Shown here one piece after another: positions 30,558 to 39,317 of a DNA stretch of 64,000 nucleotides. The position numbers were made by a program, and so were the translations under genes. Source of the DNA: Deltaproteobacteria bacterium (GTDB lineage Bacteria; Desulfobacterota; GWC2-55-46); assembly GCA_016218105.1 (NCBI GenBank), contig JACRET010000032.1, positions 17,175 to 81,174 on the forward strand. Direction: 5' to 3'. The number at the start of each line of letters is the position of its first letter. Position 1 is the first letter of the stretch. The notes under the pieces were generated by a model. The model was given only the letters and a program-made list of their open reading frames with translations, was not told the DNA's origin and searched no databases.

Positions 30558-31543
30558 CCTTCTGGACGGAAGGCGGAAGCGTAATAGGGATGGGGCACGT
30601 CGTAAGGTCTATAAATGTAGCCCGCGCGATAAGCTCTCGCGAGATACCCGTACACTTCCTTGTAAACTCCGACAAGGCTGTAACTGAGAGGCTGGAATCC
30701 TTCGGGATGCCTCATATCTCATATACGTTGGAGAAGACTCACGCCTCAAGGCTTACGAAGGATATCGTCGTGATCGACACAAAGAGAGATGTCAGCGGGC
30801 AGATATCCGCCTTAAAGGCCGAGGGAAAAAAGGTGGTACTTATCGACAATTCGCTCTCCGCTGGATACGCGGATATACATATAATGCCGTCGGCGTTTAA
30901 TAAGGGCGACTGTGGGGTCAACCTTTTTGCCGGAAGCCGTTTCGTGATAATCGGCCAGAACTTCCTGAACCATTGCCAGGCTGAGAAGAAGTTTTCGCTT
31001 CCGCTCAAAGTGCTTGTGACAATGGGCGGCGCGGACCCGTTTAAGCTCACCGAGCTTGTCATGGAAGGCCTTAAGGATATAAAAGACATCGAGGTTACGG
31101 TTGTGATAGGCCCTGCCTTTGACCCTGACAGAGGCCTGGCGGAATCTCTTGGACGCGACAATAAGATTGAGGTTTTACCGGACGTAAGGGACATGGCGCC
31201 TGTTATAGACAAGGCCCACATAGCATTTACGGCTGTAGGCACGACGATCTATGAGCTCGCCTATATGGGGGTGCCTTCGATCATCGTCGGCAATTACAGG
31301 ACAGATGAAAGTGATCTAAGGGAGATCGACGCCCTCGGTATCGGTGTCAGCCTAGGCTATTATGCGGATTTGAAGATCGATAAGGTCAAAGAGGCCGTTG
31401 AAAGATTTAAGAAAGCTACGGAATGGGAGTCATTTTCAAAAAATGGCAGGGCCCTTGTGGACGGAAGAGGGGCTTCACGGATCGCGGAGCTTATCGACGC
31501 GCTCTATAACGAAAAAACGGATATCTCGCCTGAAGGGATTTAG
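30542..31543 (+). CDS. pseG: PseG/SpsG-like UDP-sugar hydrolase (GT-B-like)
   Basis: 333 aa. The N-terminus FWTEGGSVIGMGHVVRS matches the GxGHxxR signature of PseG/SpsG. The C-terminal half is GT28-like (VLVTMGGADP). Confidence 0.7.
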   Translation: MRNGVTFWTEGGSVIGMGHVVRSINVARAISSREIPVHFLVNSDKAVTERLESFGMPHISYTLEKTHASRLTKDIVVIDTKRDVSGQISALKAEGKKVVLIDNSLSAGYADIHIMPSAFNKGDCGVNLFAGSRFVIIGQNFLNHCQAEKKFSLPLKVLVTMGGADPFKLTELVMEGLKDIKDIEVTVVIGPAFDPDRGLAESLGRDNKIEVLPDVRDMAPVIDKAHIAFTAVGTTIYELAYMGVPSIIVGNYRTDESDLREIDALGIGVSLGYYADLKIDKVKEAVERFKKATEWESFSKNGRALVDGRGASRIAELIDALYNEKTDISPEGI

Positions 31544-32457
31544 TGATGGCATCCACCGCGCATAATGGAAGGCTTATAGACAGGGCAAACGGATACGGCA
31601 TTATCGAATGCGAGCTTTGCGGCTTTATCCATACCGACCCGATCCCTTCCAAAGAGGAGCTGGATAAGCTCTACAGGGACGAATATTACAAGGAAGAAAA
31701 GCCTTTGTATATAGAACGCACCATTGAAGACCTGAGGTGGTGGGAGGCTGTTTACGACGACCGCTACGATTTCTTTGAAGCGCATCTCCCAGCAGGCAGG
31801 CGGGCGATACTCGACGTGGGCTGCGGCCCCGGATACTTCCTTAAAAGGGGGCTTGAGAGGCGCTGGATGTGCCTTGGCATAGAGCCCTCCAGGCAGGCGT
31901 CTTCGCACGCTATATCTCTGGGGGTTGAGGTGCTCAATACCTTCCTCGACGGGAATCTCGCGAGAGAGATTGGAAGGAAGTTCGACGCGATACATCTGTC
32001 TGAAGTCCTCGAACACGTGCCTGATCCGGCCCGGATACTTGACGCCGCATCCGGCCTTTTAAACGAAGGCGGGTTAATCTGCTGTGTGGTGCCGAACGAC
32101 TACAGCCCCGTGCAAAAGACCCTTAGAGGCAAGCTTGATTACAAGCCTTACTGGCTCGCTCCGCCTCACCATATAAACTATTTCAGCCACGCCTCCCTCT
32201 CGCGTCTTTTTAAAAAGACAGGTTTTGAGGTTATCGGAGAATCATCCATGTTCCCGATAGATTTCTTTCTGCTCATGGGAGACAACTATATCGGCAATGA
32301 CGAGCTGGGGAGGGCAAGCCATTTGAGGAGGAAGAGGCTCGACATAATGCTTGACGAACCTGAGCTTAAAGGGTTCAAGAGAGACATGTACGGGATAATG
32401 GCAAAGCACGGAATCGGACGAGAGGCCGTGATTTACGGTAAAAAGGAGAGTAAGTGA
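31543..32457 (+). CDS. Class-I SAM-dependent methyltransferase with an N-terminal Cys-containing segment
   Basis: 304 aa. ILDVGCGPGYF (motif I) and FDAIHLSEVLEHVPDP. Confidence 0.8.
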   Translation: MMASTAHNGRLIDRANGYGIIECELCGFIHTDPIPSKEELDKLYRDEYYKEEKPLYIERTIEDLRWWEAVYDDRYDFFEAHLPAGRRAILDVGCGPGYFLKRGLERRWMCLGIEPSRQASSHAISLGVEVLNTFLDGNLAREIGRKFDAIHLSEVLEHVPDPARILDAASGLLNEGGLICCVVPNDYSPVQKTLRGKLDYKPYWLAPPHHINYFSHASLSRLFKKTGFEVIGESSMFPIDFFLLMGDNYIGNDELGRASHLRRKRLDIMLDEPELKGFKRDMYGIMAKHGIGREAVIYGKKESK

Positions 32458-33716
32458 TGGACAAGACCCTGATAATGCTTCCTGAATCGTATCCTGTGGC
32501 GAGGCTTCTTTGCGAGTATGTGTTCAAGGAGCACGGCGGAAGTCCTGACCTCCTGATACTCAAGAAACAGAGGGCTGGCTTCGAGCGGATATTAAAGGAA
32601 TTTGATTTTAACAAGGTCTACGAGATAGACGAGGAATATTACGGCAGGATCACCGGGGAAGAATCCGCCGCCTTTATAAGGGAGAGGATGAAGTCGCCTT
32701 ACGATGTCGCTTACTTCCCGTTCAATACCTTCAGGGCCAACGCGTTTCTCTTCGGCTCAGTGATAGCCAGGGAAGTAAAGGCCGTAAACTCGTCCCTCTA
32801 CCACAAAAAAGAGCTGCCGATCGTAAGTTTCAAATTAAGCGGCGGCAAAAGACATGAATCAAACGTGCCGTGGGCCCCGATAATGGATGAGGTCGTAAAG
32901 GCAAAGGACAGGATAGTCTCGATACTTGAGGAAAAGCAGGATTCCTTCGAGGTCTCCGGCGAGCGCCCGACCTTCGGCATCCTCCACGGGTTTGCCCATG
33001 ACCTTGAGATATTCTGCAAATACGCGCTCGGCTCGATGTACTCGATGGACAAGAAGGTCCTTGACATCGGGGGCGGCCTCGGTTTCGGGTCGTTCCTCCT
33101 TTCCAAATTTGCGGATAAGACTTTTTTTGTAGATAGATCGAAAGACGCCGTGAATTTCGTCGAAAAGATGTGGGTCGAGAACTCTCCGAACATCGTTCCT
33201 ATCTGCGGGGACGCGGACAGCCTCTATGCGGCTGAGGCGTCTTTCGACGTGATATTCCTGATGGATGTCATCGAGCACGTGCCTGACCCGCAGGACGTGC
33301 TCAATAAGGTAAATAAACTCCTCAAGAAAGACGGGAAGCTCATTATAACCACGCCGGAAGAGGATTATTACCCCTATAGCGTCTGCCCGAAGGAGCGCTG
33401 GTCCGACCCCGAGGATAAGCTCATAAGCGAGGCGATATGGCCGTGGCATATTCAGGCACTCGGCGAAGAAAAGTTGCTCCCGATGCTGAAGAAGGCCGAT
33501 TTCATGGTTGAGGAGAAGAGCTATACCACATACGTAAAGGGTTATGACTTCCAGAGCGAGCTGAGGAAGGCCAGCGAAAGAGGGGACGACGCCTCCGTGA
33601 TACGCTCGTTGAACGACCTTACAAAATGGGACATAAGGGATTTTGGACTCACAACAGAGAGAGACCCTTACTTTTCAGCCGCGTCATATAATGTCGTAGC
33701 AAGGAAAGCCTCGTAA
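32454..33716 (+). CDS. Class-I SAM-dependent methyltransferase with a ~200-aa N-terminal domain of unknown function
   Basis: 420 aa. VLDIGGGLGFGS (motif I) and FDVIFLMDVIEHVPDP. I recognise nothing in the N-terminal half. Confidence 0.7.
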   Translation: MMDKTLIMLPESYPVARLLCEYVFKEHGGSPDLLILKKQRAGFERILKEFDFNKVYEIDEEYYGRITGEESAAFIRERMKSPYDVAYFPFNTFRANAFLFGSVIAREVKAVNSSLYHKKELPIVSFKLSGGKRHESNVPWAPIMDEVVKAKDRIVSILEEKQDSFEVSGERPTFGILHGFAHDLEIFCKYALGSMYSMDKKVLDIGGGLGFGSFLLSKFADKTFFVDRSKDAVNFVEKMWVENSPNIVPICGDADSLYAAEASFDVIFLMDVIEHVPDPQDVLNKVNKLLKKDGKLIITTPEEDYYPYSVCPKERWSDPEDKLISEAIWPWHIQALGEEKLLPMLKKADFMVEEKSYTTYVKGYDFQSELRKASERGDDASVIRSLNDLTKWDIRDFGLTTERDPYFSAASYNVVARKAS

Positions 33717-33717
33717 A

Positions 33718-34812
33718 ATGCCGATCAAGACCAAAGCCGCTCTGCTCGAAGCAAAGAATCAGCCCTTGACCGTGAAGGAGATATCCCTTAATCCCCCGAA
33801 GGACAGGGAAGTCCTCGTCAAGGTCGAGATGGCCGGTCTTTGCAGGAGCGATTTGAACGCCATCGTCGGACATACCAGATACGACATGCCTCTGGTGCTT
33901 GGGCATGAGGGCGCAGGGACGGTTGTTGATATTGGCCCGAACGTAAAGTCTCTTAAAAAAGGCGACCGCGTGGTCTTAAGCTGGGCCGCATTTTGCGGTG
34001 ATTGCTTTTTCTGCAATAAAGGCCTTACGCACCAGTGCCATACGGTAGCGTGGCCGAGGGGCAAGGGGTTGCTGCCTGACTGGACGACAAGGTTCAGCGA
34101 TAACGGAAAAGAGGTCTTCCATTTCAACGGGGTTTCGTCATTCAGCGAATACACGGTCGTATATGAGACTGGCTGCGTCCCCATAGGAAACGATATCTCC
34201 TTTGATGTGGCGTCGGTTGTCGGTTGTTCGGTAGTAACAGGCATAGGCGCAGTCTATAACACCGCGAATGTCCCGGAGGGAGCAACCTCTCTGGTGGTCG
34301 GCGGAGGCAACGTCGGCCTTAGCATCATCCAGGCGCTTAAGATAAAAGGCGCCGGGGTCATAATCGCCGTAGACCCGAACAAAGAGAAATGGCATGCGAT
34401 AGCGGAGGCAGGCGCGGACATCGTCCTTCCGGAGATATCCATGGATGAGATTAATAAGGCGACCGGCGGCTTCGGGGTAGATTACGCCTTCGACGGCGTG
34501 GCCACCGAAGAGACCCTCAATCAATCCCTTGCCGCCGTTCGGAGGGCAGGGACGGTGGTTATGGTCGGTTCTCCCCATCCGCTCGCCAAGTATGCCTTGA
34601 GCCCGATCGAGTTCCATCTTGAGAAAAAAATAATCGGCTCACTGTACGGCTCAAGCAACCCCGGAAGGGATATACCGAGGCTTTTGGATTTTTATAGAAA
34701 TGGACAACTGAAGCTCGACGGGTTTACCACGGCAAGCTTCAGCCTTGACGATATCAACAACGCCATCAAGGCGCTTGAAGACAGCGGCGGAAAATACACG
34801 ATAACTTTTTAA
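33718..34812 (+). CDS. Zinc-dependent alcohol dehydrogenase family protein
   Basis: 364 aa. CRSDL, GHEGAGTVVDIG, structural-zinc cysteines CGDCFFCNKGLTHQC and VVGGGNVGL. Confidence 0.85.
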   Translation: MPIKTKAALLEAKNQPLTVKEISLNPPKDREVLVKVEMAGLCRSDLNAIVGHTRYDMPLVLGHEGAGTVVDIGPNVKSLKKGDRVVLSWAAFCGDCFFCNKGLTHQCHTVAWPRGKGLLPDWTTRFSDNGKEVFHFNGVSSFSEYTVVYETGCVPIGNDISFDVASVVGCSVVTGIGAVYNTANVPEGATSLVVGGGNVGLSIIQALKIKGAGVIIAVDPNKEKWHAIAEAGADIVLPEISMDEINKATGGFGVDYAFDGVATEETLNQSLAAVRRAGTVVMVGSPHPLAKYALSPIEFHLEKKIIGSLYGSSNPGRDIPRLLDFYRNGQLKLDGFTTASFSLDDINNAIKALEDSGGKYTITF

Positions 34813-34841
34813 TATAACTGAGTCCAAAGGAGGGTTTTGAG

Positions 34842-35537
34842 ATGAATATATTCCTTGATACGGCGAATATCGAAGAGATCAAGAAGGCAAAGAGGTGGGG
34901 CGTTTTAAGAGGCCTTACAACAAACCCTTCCATAGTGGCGAGAGAGGGCAAGGAATTCCTCGATCTCGCTACTGAGCTCTGCGAACTCGTAAGCCCGTTC
35001 CCCGTAAGCCTTGAGGTCGTAGACAGGACAGGCGAGGGCATGGCTGAGCAGGCAAGGGCTATCTCCGCTCTCGCGCGCAATGTCGTCGTAAAGCTCCCGA
35101 CAAATCCGGAAGGCCTCGCGGCCCTGAACCTCCTTAAGGGAGAGGGCGTAAAGACAAACCTTACGCTGATATTTTCCACTTCGCAGGCGATACTCGCGAT
35201 GAGCGGCGGCGCTACTTACATAAGCCCGTTTATCGGAAGGCTTGAGGACAGGGGTTATGAAGGCATGGGGCTCGTGCGCGATATTATGAACATCCATTCC
35301 GCCTACAATTTCAAGACCGAAGTCATCGCCGCGTCCATACGCGACCCGCATCAGGTCATCGAGATAGCTAAGACAGGCGCGCATATCGTGACGCTGCCCT
35401 TTGCCGTATTGGAGAAGATGCTCCTTAACACCATGACCGACGCCGACCTCGATAAATTCCTTAACGACTGGGAAAAGGTACCGGGCAGGGAGAACGCTTT
35501 TAAAGGCACAAGGAGGCTTGAAAAAGTTGGCGCATAA
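34842..35537 (+). CDS. Fructose-6-phosphate aldolase / TalC-type transaldolase-family class-I aldolase
   Basis: 231 aa. MNIFLDTANIEEIKKAKRWGVLRGLTTNPSI, VVVKLP (Schiff-base Lys context) and ATYISPFIGRLED. Confidence 0.88.
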   Translation: MNIFLDTANIEEIKKAKRWGVLRGLTTNPSIVAREGKEFLDLATELCELVSPFPVSLEVVDRTGEGMAEQARAISALARNVVVKLPTNPEGLAALNLLKGEGVKTNLTLIFSTSQAILAMSGGATYISPFIGRLEDRGYEGMGLVRDIMNIHSAYNFKTEVIAASIRDPHQVIEIAKTGAHIVTLPFAVLEKMLLNTMTDADLDKFLNDWEKVPGRENAFKGTRRLEKVGA

Positions 35538-36561
35538 TTTCAGGGCGGCCATCTTCAAAGGGCCGGGAGAATTGGAGATAAATGACGTAACCGCGCCTGA
35601 GCTTAACCCGGGCGAAGTCCTCGTAAGGGTAAAGGCCTGCGGCATCTGCGGAAGCGACCTTAACATCTTTAAAAGGAACCCGCCGATCCCCAAATTCTGG
35701 GGAGGCCATGAGATAAGCGGCGAAGTCGCCGGGCTCGGCCCCGGTGTTGATGGGTTTAAGACAGGAGAGAAGGTCAGTGTCGCTCCTTTGATACCATGCG
35801 GCGAGTGCGAACAGTGCAGGGCCGGTCTTGAGAATATCTGCTCGAAGTGCCTCTTTATAAGTTTTAACGTAAGGGGCGGTTTTTCGGAGTATGTTACTGC
35901 GCCGAAAGAGAATATATACAGATTGCCAGAGAGCGCGGCCCTCGATGAAGCCGTGCTCCTTGAGCCTTTGGCGGACGTTATTCATTCGTTCAAACGGGCG
36001 GGAGGCGTACAAGGCAAGCGCGTAGTGGTGGTAGGAAGCGGAACCATCGGGCTACTGACGGTAAACGCCGCGAAGGCGCTCGGCGCTTTAAAGGCGCTTA
36101 GCGTAGGTAAATATCCTCATCAGAGGTCCAAGGCCATGGAGCTTGGCGCTGACGGCGTCTTCGACCCCGCCGGGGGCGGGCTGGAAGAGGCCATACTAGA
36201 GAAGTTCGAAGGCACGAAGGCTGACCTCGTATTCGAGACGGTCGGCGGCTACGAGAGCGAGTCGATAACCCAGGCGATAAACATACTCCGTCCCGGCGGG
36301 ACCATAATCCTCTCGGGCGTCCATTATAAGACCCCGAACATGAACCTGAAGAATCTGACCGAGAGAGAGATCGAAGTAAAAGGTACACAGAGGTACAGGA
36401 GAGAGGACTTCGCCGAGGCGGTAGAGCTATTTGGCAGGGGCGTCATAAAAGCCGGCCTTCTGGTGACCCACAGAGTATCACTGGACAGGATAATGGAAGG
36501 ATACTCTATAGCTTTTGACAAGCATGCGAACAAGGCCGTAAAGGTGGTAGTATGTCCGTAA
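35518..36561 (+). CDS. Zinc-dependent dehydrogenase (threonine/sorbitol dehydrogenase-like)
   Basis: 347 aa. CGICGSDL, GHEISGEV, CGECEQCRAGLENIC and VVVGSGTIGL. TTG start is uncertain. Confidence 0.85.
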   Translation: MKKLAHNFRAAIFKGPGELEINDVTAPELNPGEVLVRVKACGICGSDLNIFKRNPPIPKFWGGHEISGEVAGLGPGVDGFKTGEKVSVAPLIPCGECEQCRAGLENICSKCLFISFNVRGGFSEYVTAPKENIYRLPESAALDEAVLLEPLADVIHSFKRAGGVQGKRVVVVGSGTIGLLTVNAAKALGALKALSVGKYPHQRSKAMELGADGVFDPAGGGLEEAILEKFEGTKADLVFETVGGYESESITQAINILRPGGTIILSGVHYKTPNMNLKNLTEREIEVKGTQRYRREDFAEAVELFGRGVIKAGLLVTHRVSLDRIMEGYSIAFDKHANKAVKVVVCP

Positions 36562-37778
36562 AGGGAAAGACCATACTGATAATCTCAGGCGGCGTAGAGG
36601 CTGTCCCGATAATAGCCGAGGCAAAGGCGATGGGCCTTAATGTCGCTGTTTCCGACGGGAACGCCGCGGCCCCCGGTTTCGATCTCGCCGACTTCAGGCT
36701 TGTGGCGAGCACGTATGAGCCGGAAAAGACGGCTGAGCTTGCCAGGGATCTCAGCGCCAGGCATAGGATCGACGGAGTAATGGCCGCCGCGGCAGATGTG
36801 CCGTGCACGGTCGCGGCGGTGGCTGAGGCGCTGGGGCTGCCGTCCACAGGACATGACGCGGCCAGGATTGTCTCCGATAAATTTCTTATGAAAGAGATTT
36901 TTAAAAACCACGGTGTGCCGATACCGTGGTTTGGCCTTGTCGAGAGCGGAGCGCATTTAAAGGTCATCCTCCAGGCCAGAAACGTTGTAATAAAACCGGT
37001 AGACAGCCGCGGTGCCAGGGGGGTTATAAGGGTCACGCCCGGAGTCGACCCTGAGTGGGCATATTCTGAATCCCTGAAGCATTCGCCTTCGGGCAGGGTA
37101 ATGGCTGAGGAGTGGGTTTCAGGCCGCCAGATCAGCACGGAGTCTATCGTGACCGAGGACGGTGTGATGACGCCGGGCCTCTCCGACAGGAATTACCAAT
37201 ATCTGGAGAGGTTCGCGCCTTTCGTAATAGAAGACGGCGGGGATCTGCCAGCCCTCCTTACGGATGATGAGAGGAAAGCCATAGATACGGTCATCTCCTG
37301 CGTGGCGGATTCGCTCTCTATCAGGAGAGGCACCATAAAGGGTGATATTGTAATGGGCAAGGACGGCCCTGTTGTGATCGAGGTGGCTATTCGCCTCTCC
37401 GGCGGATATTTCTGCAGCCATACGATACCCCTTTCCACAGGCGCTAACTTCGTGGAGGCGGCGATATTGCTCGCGCTTGGCGAGAAGATAGACATAAACG
37501 AATACAGGCCCAGGTTTTCCAGAAGCGTCTGCCAGAGGTTCATATTCCCGGAACCCGGCACTATCACCAGGGTGGAGGTCCCGGAAATAAAGGATGAAAA
37601 CCTGATGATGATGCGGGTCTATGTGAAGGAAGGGGACAAGGTCGTTAAAATGACGAGCCATCCATGCAGGGCAGGCATGGCGATAACGTCAGGCGACACC
37701 AGGGAAGAAGCTCAGAAGACGATGGCGAGGGCTCTGTCAAAGATCATAGTTGAGGTCTCACCGGCCATGACGGTTTAA
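36552..37778 (+). CDS. ATP-grasp family carboxylate-amine ligase
   Basis: 408 aa. A pre-ATP-grasp N-terminus (KTILIISGG), then KPVDSRGARGV and EEWVSGRQISTES, typical of ATP-grasp cores. Confidence 0.75.
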   Translation: MSVKGKTILIISGGVEAVPIIAEAKAMGLNVAVSDGNAAAPGFDLADFRLVASTYEPEKTAELARDLSARHRIDGVMAAAADVPCTVAAVAEALGLPSTGHDAARIVSDKFLMKEIFKNHGVPIPWFGLVESGAHLKVILQARNVVIKPVDSRGARGVIRVTPGVDPEWAYSESLKHSPSGRVMAEEWVSGRQISTESIVTEDGVMTPGLSDRNYQYLERFAPFVIEDGGDLPALLTDDERKAIDTVISCVADSLSIRRGTIKGDIVMGKDGPVVIEVAIRLSGGYFCSHTIPLSTGANFVEAAILLALGEKIDINEYRPRFSRSVCQRFIFPEPGTITRVEVPEIKDENLMMMRVYVKEGDKVVKMTSHPCRAGMAITSGDTREEAQKTMARALSKIIVEVSPAMTV

Positions 37779-37806
37779 CACAGTCTACTTGAAAGAGGTA
37801 CCCCGG

Positions 37807-39312
37807 ATGAAAAAGATACTGCTTATACAACCGAATATGAGAGTAGCCACATCGGGCCAGAGGATAGTCTATCCGCCGATCGGCATCATGTATCTCGCGG
37901 CGGTTCTTGAAAAGAAAGGCTATAATGTCCAGATCCTCGACTGTCAGACAGAAGGGCTCGACAAGGATGCCGAAGTCATAGACGGCTACGTGGAAGTAGG
38001 TATCCCCCTGGCGGAGATACGCGAAAAGATCGCCGCCTTCGGCCCCGACCTTGTAGGCATAACCTGCAACTTCTCCGTAATGGTTCCGCATATGAACGAA
38101 ACAGCAAGGCTCGTCAAGGAGATGAGCCCTGCCGTCCCGGTCGTGGCAGGCGGCAATCACCCCACATCGCTTCCCGAAGAGGTGATGGAGAACGGGGCCA
38201 TAGATTACATCATCATGGGCGAGGGCGAGATATCCTTCCCGATGCTTTTGGAGTCCATACAGGCGGGAAGGCCTCCTGAAAATGTCCCCGGCCTTGTCTG
38301 GAGAAAAGAAGGGGCGCTGGTCAAGAACGCGATGGGCTCTTTTATACATGATCTTGACAGCCTCCCTTATCCGGCATGGCATCTTTTTCCGTACGAGAAG
38401 TACAGCCGCCATTACCAGCCGCGGACAGTCACCTGGGGAGAGCCGCAGGCCATGCCATCGGTTATGACCACCAGGGGGTGCGCCGGAGGGTGCGTATTCT
38501 GCTCGGTGCACAAGACAATGGGGAGAAAATTCAGGGCCCGTAAGCTAGATGAGGTCTTCAAGGAGATAAGGTTCCTTGTAGATACTTATAAGATAAAGAA
38601 GTTGATGATCATAGACGACAACTTCACCCATAACAAAAACAGGGCAAAGGAATTCTGCGACGAGTTCAAGAAGCAGGGGCTCGATATCGAGCTTCACTTC
38701 ATGGTTTTGGCGCTCTGGTGCATGGATGAGGAGCTGATAGATAAACTCAAGTCCATCGGATGCACTTCGATGGGATTCGCCATAGAATCAGGCGTGCAGG
38801 AGATACTCACGAATGTCGTAAAAAAGCCCTTGAAGCTGCCGCGCGCCATGGAGCTTCTCAGGTACGCCAGGTCAAAGGGGATACATTTGACGGGGACTTT
38901 TGTCATAGGGTTTCCCGGCGAAACGAAGAAGGACATCAGGAGAAGCCTCTACATGGCCAACTACAGCGGCCTGTTCGACAGCCGCGAGATATATATCGCG
39001 ACCCCGCTCCCCGGTTCCGAGCTTTTTGAGAAGTGCAGGAAGGAAGGGCTGCTCGCCGACGGGTTCTCGTACAGCAAGGTCGAGGTCGTCAAGCCTAATA
39101 TAAGGACGAAGGATTTCTCTCCCGGATTCATTCTTACCATACTTGAGGCTGACAGGACGCACCACCTCATCAAGGCAAACCCGAAGAGGCTTGTCAGATG
39201 CGTCCGTGACGTCTGGAAGAGGAAGAGGGATTATTTCTTTCAGGTGTTGTTTGAGACCTTCAAGATGTTCGTTAAATACGACTTCCTTAAGATAAGGGAA
39301 CAGTACCCCTGA
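37807..39312 (+). CDS. B12-binding-domain radical SAM enzyme
   Basis: 501 aa from ATG 37807 (MKKILLIQPN). An N-terminal cobalamin-binding-like domain is followed by the CxxxCxxC cluster motif in TTRGCAGGCVFCSV. Confidence 0.85.
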   Translation: MKKILLIQPNMRVATSGQRIVYPPIGIMYLAAVLEKKGYNVQILDCQTEGLDKDAEVIDGYVEVGIPLAEIREKIAAFGPDLVGITCNFSVMVPHMNETARLVKEMSPAVPVVAGGNHPTSLPEEVMENGAIDYIIMGEGEISFPMLLESIQAGRPPENVPGLVWRKEGALVKNAMGSFIHDLDSLPYPAWHLFPYEKYSRHYQPRTVTWGEPQAMPSVMTTRGCAGGCVFCSVHKTMGRKFRARKLDEVFKEIRFLVDTYKIKKLMIIDDNFTHNKNRAKEFCDEFKKQGLDIELHFMVLALWCMDEELIDKLKSIGCTSMGFAIESGVQEILTNVVKKPLKLPRAMELLRYARSKGIHLTGTFVIGFPGETKKDIRRSLYMANYSGLFDSREIYIATPLPGSELFEKCRKEGLLADGFSYSKVEVVKPNIRTKDFSPGFILTILEADRTHHLIKANPKRLVRCVRDVWKRKRDYFFQVLFETFKMFVKYDFLKIREQYP

Positions 39313-39317
39313 TAACC

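Noticed and set aside
34905-35693. 262-aa ORF on the - strand
   Set aside because: It is antisense to the well-supported FSA/TalC aldolase gene and the start of the dehydrogenase gene. It has no RBS and no motif.
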